This document shows, piece after piece, positions 1 through 12,268 of a DNA stretch of 64,000 nucleotides (its first letter is position 1; every line of letters begins with the position of its first letter). Under the pieces are notes generated by a model. The model was given only the letters and a program-made list of their open reading frames with translations. It was not told the DNA's origin and ran no database searches. Made by a program: the position numbers and the translations under genes. This stretch comes from Pelomyxa schiedti (lineage: Eukaryota > Protista > Evosea). The stretch is from positions 66,586 through 130,585 of the forward strand of contig JAHLWZ010000807.1 in the NCBI GenBank assembly GCA_020536535.1, written 5' to 3'.

Positions 1-3000
1 TCTTTTCACTGCATGTGTCTTGCCAGCACCTGCGATATCAGACACGAAAACACATGTATCCATTGTGTAAGAAGTGACAATGTTGGCATATATTGTCTTA
101 AGAGTCCCCTCATCAAGGGGACTCACTTGTAGCTTACGGTGTGCAAGGGCAGAGACAAGATGCTAAAGAAAATGAATTGCAAGAAGAAACCTGAAAACAT
201 ACCTGCCCTTCTGCCTCGGTGCTAATAAATATAAGCTGAGCACAATGAGACATAGGAAGTCCTAAAACAAGTTCCACCACCTAGTTCATGATTGGTGATT
301 GAGGAATCTTATGTGCGAAACCTTGCTCTGGAGTGTGTATGATAAGGCATTTATGTTGGAGACACAATATAGCCTGTTTGTGTGACCTTGGGATCTTGAG
401 TAACACCATCTTAGAAGCAGGATTTCAATTTCTTCAAGTGATGTGTGCTCGTCACACAGTAGAATCTAAGGTTTGTTGGGTTAGACCATTTGGATGCCGC
501 ACTGGAGTGGGTTACCTCAGATGGCTCTGGGATTCGGCTATTCTGAATGTAAAGTGAAAGCACAAGATCAAAAATTTTACTGGCTGGTGTAATGACCACA
601 TAGTATCCTTGCATCCCTTCCTCAAAAACATACCTGTAAAAGTCAGAAGATAAAAACAATTTGGGTTAGACCTTGAACCACTTGGGACAATTGACTGTCC
701 AACATTTCTGGATATTGGAGTGTGCTTGGTGAAAAGATTGAGTAAGTTCCCCAAACTTTCTAGTCTGCTTGTTGATGTTCCGCCACTTGTCCATCCTGAA
801 ACTGCTGCAGTAACTTCAGCAGGAGTAAGGGTAGAATTGACATAGGATAAAATGCTATTCAAGGAGGTAATATGTGAGGATTTTTGTGTGGGGGTCAAGG
901 TTGCTGAATCAAGGTGGGCAATGATGTTGAGTAGTTGAGCCATGGTGAAGAAGTTGAGGTAGTAGAATTGACTCCGCGCAACTTTCACGATTTCTTGCCA
1001 TTCCTATTACTATGAGAACCAAAAAAAAAAAGGTTAATATCTCTTACTGATAGGACTTGCTGTAGTTGTTCAGCACGTTTCTTTAGAATTGTCAGAGTTG
1101 AGCTTGCAACAAACTAAGAGTGATAAGAGGCTATTAAAGTGTTGAAGTGATGTACTGTTTCCCGATGAATGTGAAAATCAAAGTGCCCACTGTTATGCAG
1201 ATCGGCAAGGGTTTTATTTATCTCGACAACCAATCGAAGTTGCTCAACAAATTCTGACATCATAAGTGGTATCATCTCAGTTTCTTTTTGGACTGGAATT
1301 TCAGCAAGCATCTGTTTAAATAAGTTAGGTGCTCCAGAATGCATTTGACTTACTAATCTATTTCGTAAATCAGTCAATTCGTCTAAAGTCAATGATACTC
1401 GTTTCCCTGAGTCTTCTGGGTAGTCCATAATCATATCTACTTTGTGATTCTCGACGGCCCACACATACTGGCCTGTTGTCATCAATTTTCGCAGTGTAAA
1501 ACATGCTTGCATTCCTTTGTCTGGTTAAAGGAGGATAAAAGGGCAAAAAAAAAAAAACCAGGGCTGCAAGTCCTTTCAGTGAATATTTTCATCAGAAATT
1601 CGAATTGTTCATTTGCTGTATGTAGGTGGCTGACTTCATCAGGTGATGTGATAACAATTTGCTTGAAGACAGTAAGGAATTCCTCCAATGAGCTGCAGGG
1701 GTTAGCAGCAAGCATTTTTTTGGATGTCACCATACCTGAAAGGTCTCTTTGGGTACAGAATGGGGGAGAGTAAGTTTCGAGATGAAAGCAGTGAAGCAAT
1801 CGCACTATAAAAGTTATTTTAAGGCTCAGGGGAAGACAAACAACCGTAAAGCAATGGGATCATCTGTATTCGATTTAGAAATGGAAATCAAGCGCTGGAA
1901 CTCTTCAGTGTTTGCATGTCCCTGCAAGGGATTAGTACAGAAAGTGCTTTAGTGAGACAGACCAAAAACCAAGTGACTAGTTCAGGGCTAGAGGTGAACT
2001 CATCAAGGTACAATAATTGCAAATCACCAAACCCCTCAAAAATCTTTTTTTTTTTTTTTTTTTTTCACCTTAGCATTTGTAGCGACCTCTAGAGTGCTTA
2101 CTCTTTTTACTGTCTCAACATAGGTTGTTGTATCCCTGAGCACAAGTGTAGTCCATCGCGCTTCAAGGGCAGAATGCACTGTAGAAAGACTTGCACATAA
2201 AGCATCATTCTTAAAGTCTGTGGCAAACAATGCTTTGAGGAATCTGCAGAATGGAATAAGAACAGAACAAAGAGATGATAACAGCACTTGAGTGAATTTA
2301 GAAGCAAAGCAAGTCTCTTGCGATGGTCCTCGAGTATCCTGAAATTCTCCATAAACACAACATGCTTTTTTGCCCAGGAGGAGGACTCTTTCTCTGTTAA
2401 TTGACCACCAGACTTCCCAAGGATCTGAAGCTCCCGTTGGAGATGTTTGGTCTCCACAGGTTTGAAGGTTGTCGTAAGATCTGTCAAGATAATTGATACA
2501 CATATTTCTTTTACATGTGCTTGATACCTGTGAAAAGAATCGTGTAGTTATCCACAGACTGGAATAACTCCCGCCAAAATTTTTTTACTGCTGGTATAAG
2601 ATTACTTGCCACATAGTCTAGATCAATTTGTGGAGCTTGTACTTCATCCTTGCTGCCATTAAAACAAAAAAAAAAAGTTTGTGAAAGATATACTTGTGTG
2701 GGTGCATGGCCTAAAAGTGCAGCTGCAGCTGCGGGGGGCGGGGGTGGCGGCGGCGGCGGCGGCGGGATTGGAGTTGCTGGTATAGCAGAGCCCACACTAT
2801 ATTTATTGAGAACATAAAAACAGGAGATGAAAGTACTTCTTTTTAGCCAGAGCCGACCAAAGAGACAGGAATAAATCAGAACCTCGGTGATCATAAATCC
2901 AGCTCAATAAAGGTGTTACAGGTAAAGAATTAAATAACCCCTTAGTGAATAAGTGGTGAAGTAATTCAGCACATGGGTACCTTGACTTCAGACAGGATAA

Positions 3001-6000
3001 GACTGTCCCAGTTTTGACGGATATTAATGAGATCCTCTGATAATTTCCCAGAATTCAAATTAATTGACATTCCAAAAATGTTGATGAAGCACTGTAGATG
3101 TGTAACAACGGTCTCAAACTCAGACATTGTTGAATACTTGTAGGTAACTCAGAAATGGGTTTTTTTGTATTTAGAAGAGTACCCTCTCTTGGAACAGTGC
3201 TGCTGGAATTTTGGGTATATCACAAGATGTTAAGAGCTCAGCAGAGGCTTCTCTACGTTCTCTCAATAGCTGCACCTCTAGTAAGGTACACCGTTCTGCC
3301 ATGAAATTCTGGGCCACTGTGAGTAATTATGAAATACTTATTAACTGTACATCATAAGTTGTTCTAAGTGTAGCCTTGGCCTGGGTAAGAAGTTCAATAG
3401 TTGGTACTTTCTCTGGGAAATGTGTCCGGTCATCAACTTTCAAAACCTTTTTGAAAAAAATTAGATGATACAACATTTGACTCAAGGTTACAACATGTAA
3501 AGCTCGGACCCAGAGTCTATGCCACTTCAACAGAGTAGCTAAGTCGGCGGTTGGTTTCTCACTTGAGACAGTGAAATCTTGTCTGAAATATTCAAAAAAG
3601 TTACCTATTGGCTAGATGAAGGAGGCAGTATAGCAATGTATAAACAAGGGGGCAAGGCTTTTGTCTGTGGAGACTATCATAAAGTTCAACCTGACCTGGA
3701 TCCAACAATCAGACAGTGTGATGGAAATTTCTGTTACCTTCTTCTGTTTGGGCAAAGCTGGAGACTGCTCTTCGTGCTGTTCAATGTGAAAAAGAATCTA
3801 ATGAGATAGCTGGCGTACCTCTTTCCTCAAATATCCTCAAAACCTCTTCTTTAAAAGGAATTGCCAAAGCTTGTGGCAGATCAGAAACTAAAATAGATCT
3901 ATCATGCAACATATTCAAAAGGCTGTAAAGTGGAATCAGTTGTGATTCAAGTGTCTGACAGCCTACGTTCGAAGTGCTCGAGTTATGTGCTCCAAGTGTT
4001 TTGAAAAGACATCAATTTTGCAAACATTATTAAATATTTGAAGGAGATTTGGAAGCTCAACAGAAACCTAGGTTCCTGAATTAGCGAACCATTAGCCATG
4101 GTTGACGAACTTTTCGCTCCGTCGTTGTGTGGTCGAATGTTACAGTACGGGTTTCTACAATAAAAGCACTTGTCAGCCATCTTTGAATGGCTTGGCTCAG
4201 CCTCAAGGATAGTTCATCTGTGACAACAGAAAGGGTATTGATGTATTGTAAAACGGGAATGGCCTTAAGGGGGGTAAGTTAAATTTGTTGGAGTTCTGGC
4301 AGCTTACTTTCATAATGTCAGTTATTTGAGTGAATTCATTGCTCTCAAGAGCTGCACAGACTATATTACAGGCATGCTGTGGAGGACAATTTTGAATTAA
4401 CCTAAGTTCCTTGTTTAATGGTAATTTTATCCCTTCAATACATACTGTAGGAAGACATTGAGAGATTTTGCTTGTGATTTAGCTGATCTTGGCCATTCAA
4501 AAGTCCTCATGCGGGATGTTAATGTATCCATGAAGACCTCAATCATAGGTGCAGAAGGATCAAGAACTAGTGGTTCAACTTCCATGAGCTGGAATAAGCA
4601 GTGCATACTGGGTAAAATGAGAAAATCCTCGATGGCATTGTGAAGAACCTGGGGGCAATTCTAATCATCGAGCACAATATCGGAAGCTTGCTTGTAATAA
4701 GAGGTGGTTGACAGAGGATGAGGTTTCCTTCGTGAAGTGTTTGCATTTCTGTCAGAAAGGCCTTATTTTTTTCCCTTCTAACCATCACAGCGGGTTCCAC
4801 ATAAACCACACCATAATGTTTCCCAGCAACCTGAGAAACAACTTCAACAAGTGGAACAAGGGAAAGCCATAAAAACGATCCACATTTGTGCTCTTCCTGA
4901 GCAATAGACCGAATTCCCTTTATTATCCATTCCGCTTGGTCCTTTGTCACCAACTTTGAAATTTCTTAGATAGTTTCTCTAAGGGGAATAATACCTGGGA
5001 AAAGTCATACTCTGGGCTATACAATGAACTATGTGATAGCATCGCAATGAATTCTGGGGGGAAACAAGAAACCATTTTCATTGGAACCCAAGCACCATTA
5101 GACCATGTGGATCCAGTACTCCACCCGCTTCCTGACTCCCACCCAGAACTCCACCCCCCTGTTCCCCATCCAGAGCTCCAACCTGTACTTCTTCCACTAG
5201 AAAAATGTTACAAATAAAGAAAAATCAGCTTAATGTGAAACCTGTAGGTATCTGTGCCCGATCCAGAGGTATAGACACCGCCACCTGTGTAGGCACCATT
5301 TCCCCATGTACTACCACCAGTTCCCCAGGATCCTCCTGTTCCCCATGACCATGCCGCTGGCTTCCATACCCTTGAACGTATTACATGTACAACTTCAGCA
5401 GAACCTGGCCGCCAGTTGGAATTTTCTGACTATTTGGGAATTGTACCCCGAGCAAAGCAAAGCATCAAAGCGGCAAGTGGGGTCCACCTTCCTTTCATAG
5501 CTTTTATTTTCTCTTCAGCCCAGTCTTCAACTTCGCGTTGCCACAACTACAAAAAAGGGACAAAATGTTAATTAATTAGTAAGAAAGTAGGTTTGCGTAC
5601 GTCATCTCGTTCAACCAAGCAAGTGAAAGCACAAGAATAACGTTGCAAGAAAATACGGGCATTGGATTCACTGGGGTTCTGGTCAAACTGGTTCCACACC
5701 ATATTGAGGAATCCCAAGGCAGCTTCCTTGTTATTCTTAAAGGTGAAATGGTAAAATGAAAGGCCACCTTTCGGTATGCTGAATTCCCACCCCAATAGAA
5801 TGACCACCCATATGATGGTGAGGCTTTGTAAATTGCATAAACTTCGGTTGTTTCTGCGGTTATCTCCCTTTGGTAGTATAAGTAAGATTTTGGCACTGCA
5901 ACACTTTCACCTGGCATCACCACTCTCAAGTTTGACATTGGTTCTGCTTTCAATAACAAACTTGTAATCAAATATTGACCCCTGCCACAAAGTTACCCAA

Positions 6001-6584
6001 GAACCATTGACGGGGGATGGTGTCAAACTTTTTGGTGTTTCACAGGGAATGAAATGGAGCCAGACCACAAGCGAAGGTCAGAAGGGTCTCTCTCCAAGTA
6101 AGACAAAATTGATGCAGCAGTAATAACCGGGGTTGTTGTTGTATACTGCATGCCATACATGCCAGCTGCATACTGCGTGACAGGGCGAGTATCTTCCCTC
6201 ACTCCCACTCTGCCATCTTCAAAATTGCCATAAGTTATACACAATCTCAGTAAGCAAACATCCAGGATAGTGATATGTTGAGGTTTTTTTTATTTTTTTT
6301 TTTTTAAAAAGCTTTTTTGTACCAGCGCCAAGTTCATCAGTAGGAACGAAAACGTGAAATGTCACCAGCACGTGATCTTTAACAACGACATCAGTTTGTT
6401 GGCTGGGCCTGGTTGCAGTTGCATTTGACGTCACCGAGGATGTTGGAATTGGCGGCGGGGGATACGACGGAGGCGGCACGGCTGCCCTGGTGGTGGCGCC
6501 AGGCACCACCTCAGTTATGGGAGGAGGAGGCTGAGATTGAGGGGGCCCGACGCCAACTCCTGAGGGTGGGGTTACTTGAGACAT
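1..6584 (-). CDS. RNF213/mysterin-like giant AAA+ ATPase/E3 ligase, N-terminal part (multi-exon, runs off left edge)
   Basis: ATG at 6584 (MSQVTPP, Pro-rich) is followed by VLVTFHVFVP. Later exons read LTLDELTDLRNRLV...EFVEQLRLVVEINKTLADLHNSGHF, WQEIVKVARSQFYYLNFFTMAQLL and LVLSLYIQNSRIPEPSE, which match the blocks preceding the AAA core in RNF213-like proteins as I recall them. The AAA and RING domains would lie outside the window. Confidence 0.7.
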
Positions 6585-6822
6585 GTTGTTATCCGTTTGT
6601 TCTTGTTTTTTTGTTTGGTTTTGGTTACTGGTCAGGAATTTAAAGGAAACAGCAAGCGAGAGGAAATTGGTTTCGGTGATTGAGGAGACAGCTGAGGCCT
6701 CAGGAAGAGGGCACAATGAAAACGAGAGATAAACCGGGTGATAGTGCGTTGATTTCCGTTTGAAGCTGTCACAGTTACTCTTCCTCGGATCTGGATCTGG
6801 CAATTTAATCTTATTGTTTGGG

Positions 6823-9284
6823 ATGATGCACGGGGGTGATGGTGGCACCGGTGGCAGCGGCAGCGGAGACGTAAGTGTTGCGATGTCCAATTCTACGGCG
6901 GTTGGATCTGCGAGGGTTTTGGTGGTTGGTGCGGGGGGGATTGGCTGCGAGCTAGTTAAAGATCTGGCGCTGTGTGGGTTCAGGGGCGTAACTGTTGCTG
7001 ATTTGGACACCATTGACTTGAGCAACTTGAACCGGCAGTTTTTGTTTCGCAGAAACCACATCGGCTCGTCAAAGGCAAAGGTAAGCTTGTCCAAATTCAA
7101 AGGGTGGAAGCTCCAATTTCCTTTCTTTTCTTAGGCATTCCGTCTCGCATTTTCCTGTTCTTTTTTTTCTTTTCTCCCTCTTTGTCTCAGTACTATTTCG
7201 CTTTAAGCTTTGTTTTAGAACATTTTTCTTTAAAATTCATTGGTTCCAGGTTGCGTGTGAGGCAGTGAATAAGATGAGACCCAGTGCAAATTTTGTACCA
7301 CTTCACACAAACATCAAATCTCCTGACTTGGGTGCCAACTTCTTCCAAGAGTTTGACTTGGTGATCAACGCACTGGATAATCTTGGTTAGAATTACGTCT
7401 GTGTGCTTTGTTTTATTCATCCAGTCAGATGCCAGAAGGCATGTCAACAGGTTGTGTGTGTCGCTTGGTAAACCCCTTATTGAAAGTGCCACTGAGGGTT
7501 ACCTGGGACAGCTCACGACAATCCTTCCAGTAATAAACTGCCTGCTCTCCCCGAGCTGATAGATTGTAGGGCGAGACTGAATGCTTTGAATGTCAACCCA
7601 AGCAAGCACCAAAGTCGTTTGCTGTTTGTACAATCCGTTCCAATCCTTCCGAACCAGTTCACTGCATACACTGGGCAAAAATGCTTTTTGGGTTAATTTT
7701 TTCCACCCTTGTGCATTCGCTTATTCTTGTTAGCCATATTTGGGGTGTGCAAGATGACTCTAATGCTGTAACTGACCTTACAACCATTGTTTCACAACCT
7801 GGTCAGTCTCCTACTAATATGGCACTTGCTATATTTGACAAGGCAAGTTACTTTCGAATTATAGGTTTGCTAAACCGTTCTCCAAGGTATTTAACAAAGA
7901 CATTGTGACTCTCGCCTCAATGGATAAACTGTGGACAGGACGGAAACCACCAACTCCTCTTGTTTTTGATGAGGTGGTATCAGCATCATCCACTAGTTCA
8001 TCCTCTCCTACCGATTTACAAGCAGTGTGGAGCATTGCTACGTGCTGTCACAAATTTGTGGAAAGGTTTTGCCTTGTACTCTTGGGGATTTCCACTAAGA
8101 AGTTCTAGTGTTGTGGAACTGGCGGCCTACAGTGCAACACTATCACAAAAACTAGTCTGGGACAAGGATCATCCAGCCTCACTTTGCTTTGTCACTTGTG
8201 CTGCCAATATAAGAGCTCACATCTTTGGCATCCCTATGCAGAGCCAGTTTGATGTCAAAGGTTGCCCCCACCCTCTTTCCTTATGGACCCATATTCTCTA
8301 GCTGTTGCTGGAAATATCATACCTGCCATTGCAACCAGCAATGCAATAGTAGCTGGAATGGTTGCGATTGAAGCCATGAAGGTTGTCACTGGTAACAAGG
8401 CTGCCTGTAAAATGGTAAGCCAAAGAAATCAAGGCTACTAAGTATACCAGTAAAATACATATTATCTCAGACTTTTGCTCTTCCCTCTCTGCCCTTTCCC
8501 TCATCCAAATTCTTTCCTAGCTTGGGAAGAATACCGTGGGGTGTTTATTAGAACCCCCAGGTCCACCCCCTCTTTCATAGAAAAAATACACTTTTAAACC
8601 TACAAATGAAGTTTTAACTCTTTGAAGGTTTTCCTTCGTAGATACCCTGCCAACAAACAATTCTTCCTTCCTTCACGGATTTCTCCTCCAAATCCGCGCT
8701 GCTTTGTATGCAGCCACAAGTGTATTGACTTGCGCATTGACACGATTGCGTGCACACTTACACACTTTGCTGAAGCAGTTCTTAAGCGAATTTTATCATT
8801 CAACATGCCTTCTGTAATGAAAGAGAGCACGTGCGTTGTAGTATTTTTCAGCTTCTCCTCACCCTTTTTTCCCCAAGTATCATTTTTGAAACCGGGGACG
8901 ATATGGACGAATATGAAGCTGCGAACTATGCAAGACAAAAAGTGAAGACACTTCATCAAGTTGGCATTGTGGACAACACCCTTCTAACCGTAGAAGACCT
9001 AACACAAGATTTTACACTCGATATCCACATTGTGCACACGTAAGCACAACAACTAAGCAACACAGTACCAATAATCAATTCCACAATACAGGAAGTTCGC
9101 ACCAGTTGAGGGTGAGGATGACAAGCTGTTTGAAATTGATGCCGGACAGGTTCAAGTACCTGAAGCAAAACCAACAGCAGCAGCAACAACTCCCGCTGTT
9201 GCTCCCACTGTCTCAACAACTACAGAGGCTGATGACGATGATGATTGTTGTGTTGTTGTTCTCCCACAAAAGAGGAAACATTGA
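6823..9284 (+). CDS. UBA2: SUMO-activating enzyme subunit 2 (Uba2/SAE2), multi-exon
   Basis: [53 protein letters not shown], catalytic region [43 protein letters not shown], and a C-terminal KRKH* at 9284. Introns are mostly 40-44 nt and include one GC-AG donor. Confidence 0.93.
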
Positions 9285-9320
9285 AATAAGAGAACCTTTA
9301 CATTGCAACATTCATTTTTT

Positions 9321-11498
9321 TTATTTTGTCTTTTTGTTTGTCCAGTAGCCAATGGGCAGGGTTGTGGAACTTGGGCGAATCGTCAGAGTTCCATCAGAGT
9401 TCGAGGTTAGAGTTCCGTAGATAGTGCCACTGTTGGAAAGGGTAGTGATGAGACTCTCGGCAGTTACAACCCAAGTGGAGCTGGTATCCACGGTCACAGT
9501 GATATTGTTGTACCCGTTGTAGTAGAGCTTGTTGGCCACTTGGGCAAGGCTAAAGTACTCATTTATCGTGAAGTATGTGTTCTGGTAGGAAACCCAGGAT
9601 TCACTTGCTTTTACCTATGTGGCTCTGAGTGCGATGTGAAGTTTTCCTTATTGAGCATACTTGGGCGTTTTTAATTGCTAAGCTTCCTTCGTATGTAACA
9701 TGAATTGTGGCAGTTGCAGCAATAGCAGCATTCAATGTTGCCCCGTTGGAGAGTGTTACTTCCAGTGAAGGAGCTTTCTGCCCATAGTAACCAGCACCGT
9801 GGTAGATATCACCAGTGACTGTAACGGCGTCAAGAGTGAGTGAGGCTTTGTTGTCAGATCCCGCGGAAGTTGGAGCCGGCCAACCAGCTGCCTCGGAATG
9901 GAAAGTGTTGAAGGTGATAGGACTTAGATTAGAAGTTCCTGTTGTAGTATCATCGTTGTCCATTACCTGCTCCCACTGGTCAGAAATATGAATGTGTGTA
10001 AAGATTTATTCCACCTGCATAAGAATGCCATTGCCAGAAGATATAACGGAGCCAGAGGTGACACTGTACGAAGCAGAACAGCCCGTCATTACCACGAAGG
10101 TTGTCCACCCAGTTGTAACCACAGTTCCTCTTTCAATTACAACTGATGAATTGAATTCATGCGCGGCGAATCCAAAGGTGTCAGACAGAAGTGTGCTGAC
10201 TTTGCTTTCCGTTGCTGTGTAAGTCTTTGAAGCAGATCCATAGGCGTCGTAAAGAACATAAGTTTCTCCTGCTACGAGGTCTGTCCATGTGCACTTACCA
10301 CCAGTTAATACAGCGCACTGTGTGCCAACGCTTAAGGTTACTCCGTACCAATGAGTTATTGCATCTCCAATGAGGTATGTGCCATAGCCAGAACGGTTTG
10401 TATAGGGATTTGGGGTTTGAAAAGGAACAGTCCCGTCTGAATTGGCCTGTTGCATAGGATAATCTGCCCCCAAGAGTGTAATCTTAGTATTTACGACATT
10501 CATCACGGGGTTTTCTGGAAGGTCGATTGACAGAACTGCCCACTGTGCAGCAGCCACTTCTGAATCTATCATATGCAGTGTTGGATAATCTCCTAGCAAC
10601 AATACAGTTCGACTAGTCCCCATGACACCTTAACATTTGGTTGGTGTGCACAACGAAAGAAGGGAAAGAATAAAAACCTAGAGTCCAGGGAGCAGCGACC
10701 ATAGAAGATTCTCCTGCATTGTTTACATAATCGCTGTATAAGGTTCCACCCCAGCTGGTAATCTTGCTTTTTTCTACAGAAACTATGCCCCCTGAGTCCA
10801 CAAATATAGCAGATTTCGCAACTCCTCGCGTATAGATTGTAGTGTTTGTTATGGAGAGCTTTGTTCCTCCAAACACAGCTATTCCTGCTCCGAGACCAGT
10901 GAAGTCACTCGTATCCTTTCCGTCAGCAGTTGTCACGTCTTCAATTACCGCATTGGAAAGGCTGTAAGCGGCTCCAGAATTCAATATGACAGAGTTGAAA
11001 CCACTAAACTCGGAGTAGAGGTCGACGGTAGAGCTTCGCTTGATACAATCAAAAACAGACTTGGCTTTCACACACCCGGTGGAATCAAAGTAGTAACCAG
11101 GGCGGTATGCATAAACATCCCTTGTCGCTGACTGCTCCAACTCAGTAAGGGAGCCAATTGTGCCAACTGCTGAAGTAGTCACACTTGTTACTTTGCCGGT
11201 TGTACAAGCAGAGCCATCAGTGGAGCTGATTGGAACTCCGCTGCATAGATATGTGATATATGATGTAGGTGGTGTATATAAGGTGGAATTTGTTCTTTCT
11301 GGCACCAAGGAAGAATTATAATGCCGTCTCACCTGGAAAGTGAGGTTGGTCTGTCACTAAGAAATGAAACCATTATTACGTGGCAATGAGAGGGGAAAAT
11401 ACATGTGAGGAGGACTCTGAGAGAAAGCATAGAGACAACAGAAAGAACAAGGAAAGGTGAATGTTGTGAATGACAGCTCTCGCCACGACGTGTCTCAT
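9321..11498 (-). CDS. Secreted Thr/Ser/Gly-rich beta-helix-like protein resembling uncharacterised anaerobic-bacterial proteins
   Basis: A signal-peptide exon (MRHVVARAVIHNIHLSLFFLLSLCFLSESSS) is joined by short introns to ORFs 10613-11332, 10006-10623, 9601-9963 and 9321-9539. The protein has repetitive beta-strand turns (DFTGLGAGI, WAVLSID, NRSGYGTYLIG, QVMDNDD, SSTWVVTAES). Confidence 0.65.
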
Positions 11499-12268
11499 TG
11501 CAATGCCAATGCCTAGGGGATATTCTGGTATTTCTTTATCTTTGTTTGCTTATTTGGGGCACCACTCCCCCACTCTTTACATTCATTTCCGGAGATCGCA
11601 ACGCATGTTCAGCATTGTGTGTCAGTTCCGGTCATTTTCTACTTTTTTTTTACCAAATGAGGAACGCAGGTACACCTGTTTCCGTAGGTTTCCGTAGTCT
11701 CACTAATGTCACGAAATTGCACACAACGTGTCCGAAATGCCTTTCGCTAACGTGAGGCTTATTGATGACACAATTCCAGCAGTGGTGTCGTGCTCGAACA
11801 GTCTTCAAAGGTGATAGATTCCTTCCTCTTCTGGTGACACGAGCGGAGGATAAGACACCACAATATCCTTCCTCATAGTACGTAGTAAAAAATGCTGGTT
11901 CCTTTCTGATTTGTGGTAACAGAAAAAGGAGCACACAACAAAAAGTTTCAATCACAAGACTGTTTGTGGTGTGGGGTAGAGTTTTGTTGGCAGTTTTGGA
12001 AGTAATGACTGCAGTCTGGACAAGGTTCCATCCAGGAGATATCCCCGAAAAACTCGCTATCTCCCACGCTGCTACGCCGACAATGTGCACACGTCCCCAG
12101 CACATTATTGTGTTTTTCGTTTGTTAGCAACACGAGAAATTTTCTGTGCTCCTGGGCAAAACTAGGAGATCCGATGTAGAATCTGCTTAAGTTGTGGTAC
12201 TTGGAGGACTCTGTGAGGCGTGATAACATTGATGAAGAAAAATTGCCTGTTCTTTTTAATAAACAACC

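Noticed and set aside
11650-12229. Overlapping minus-strand ORFs (151 aa and 93 aa, one with CxxC...CxxC)
   Set aside because: No recognisable homology or consistent exon structure. It may be a small gene but cannot be supported.
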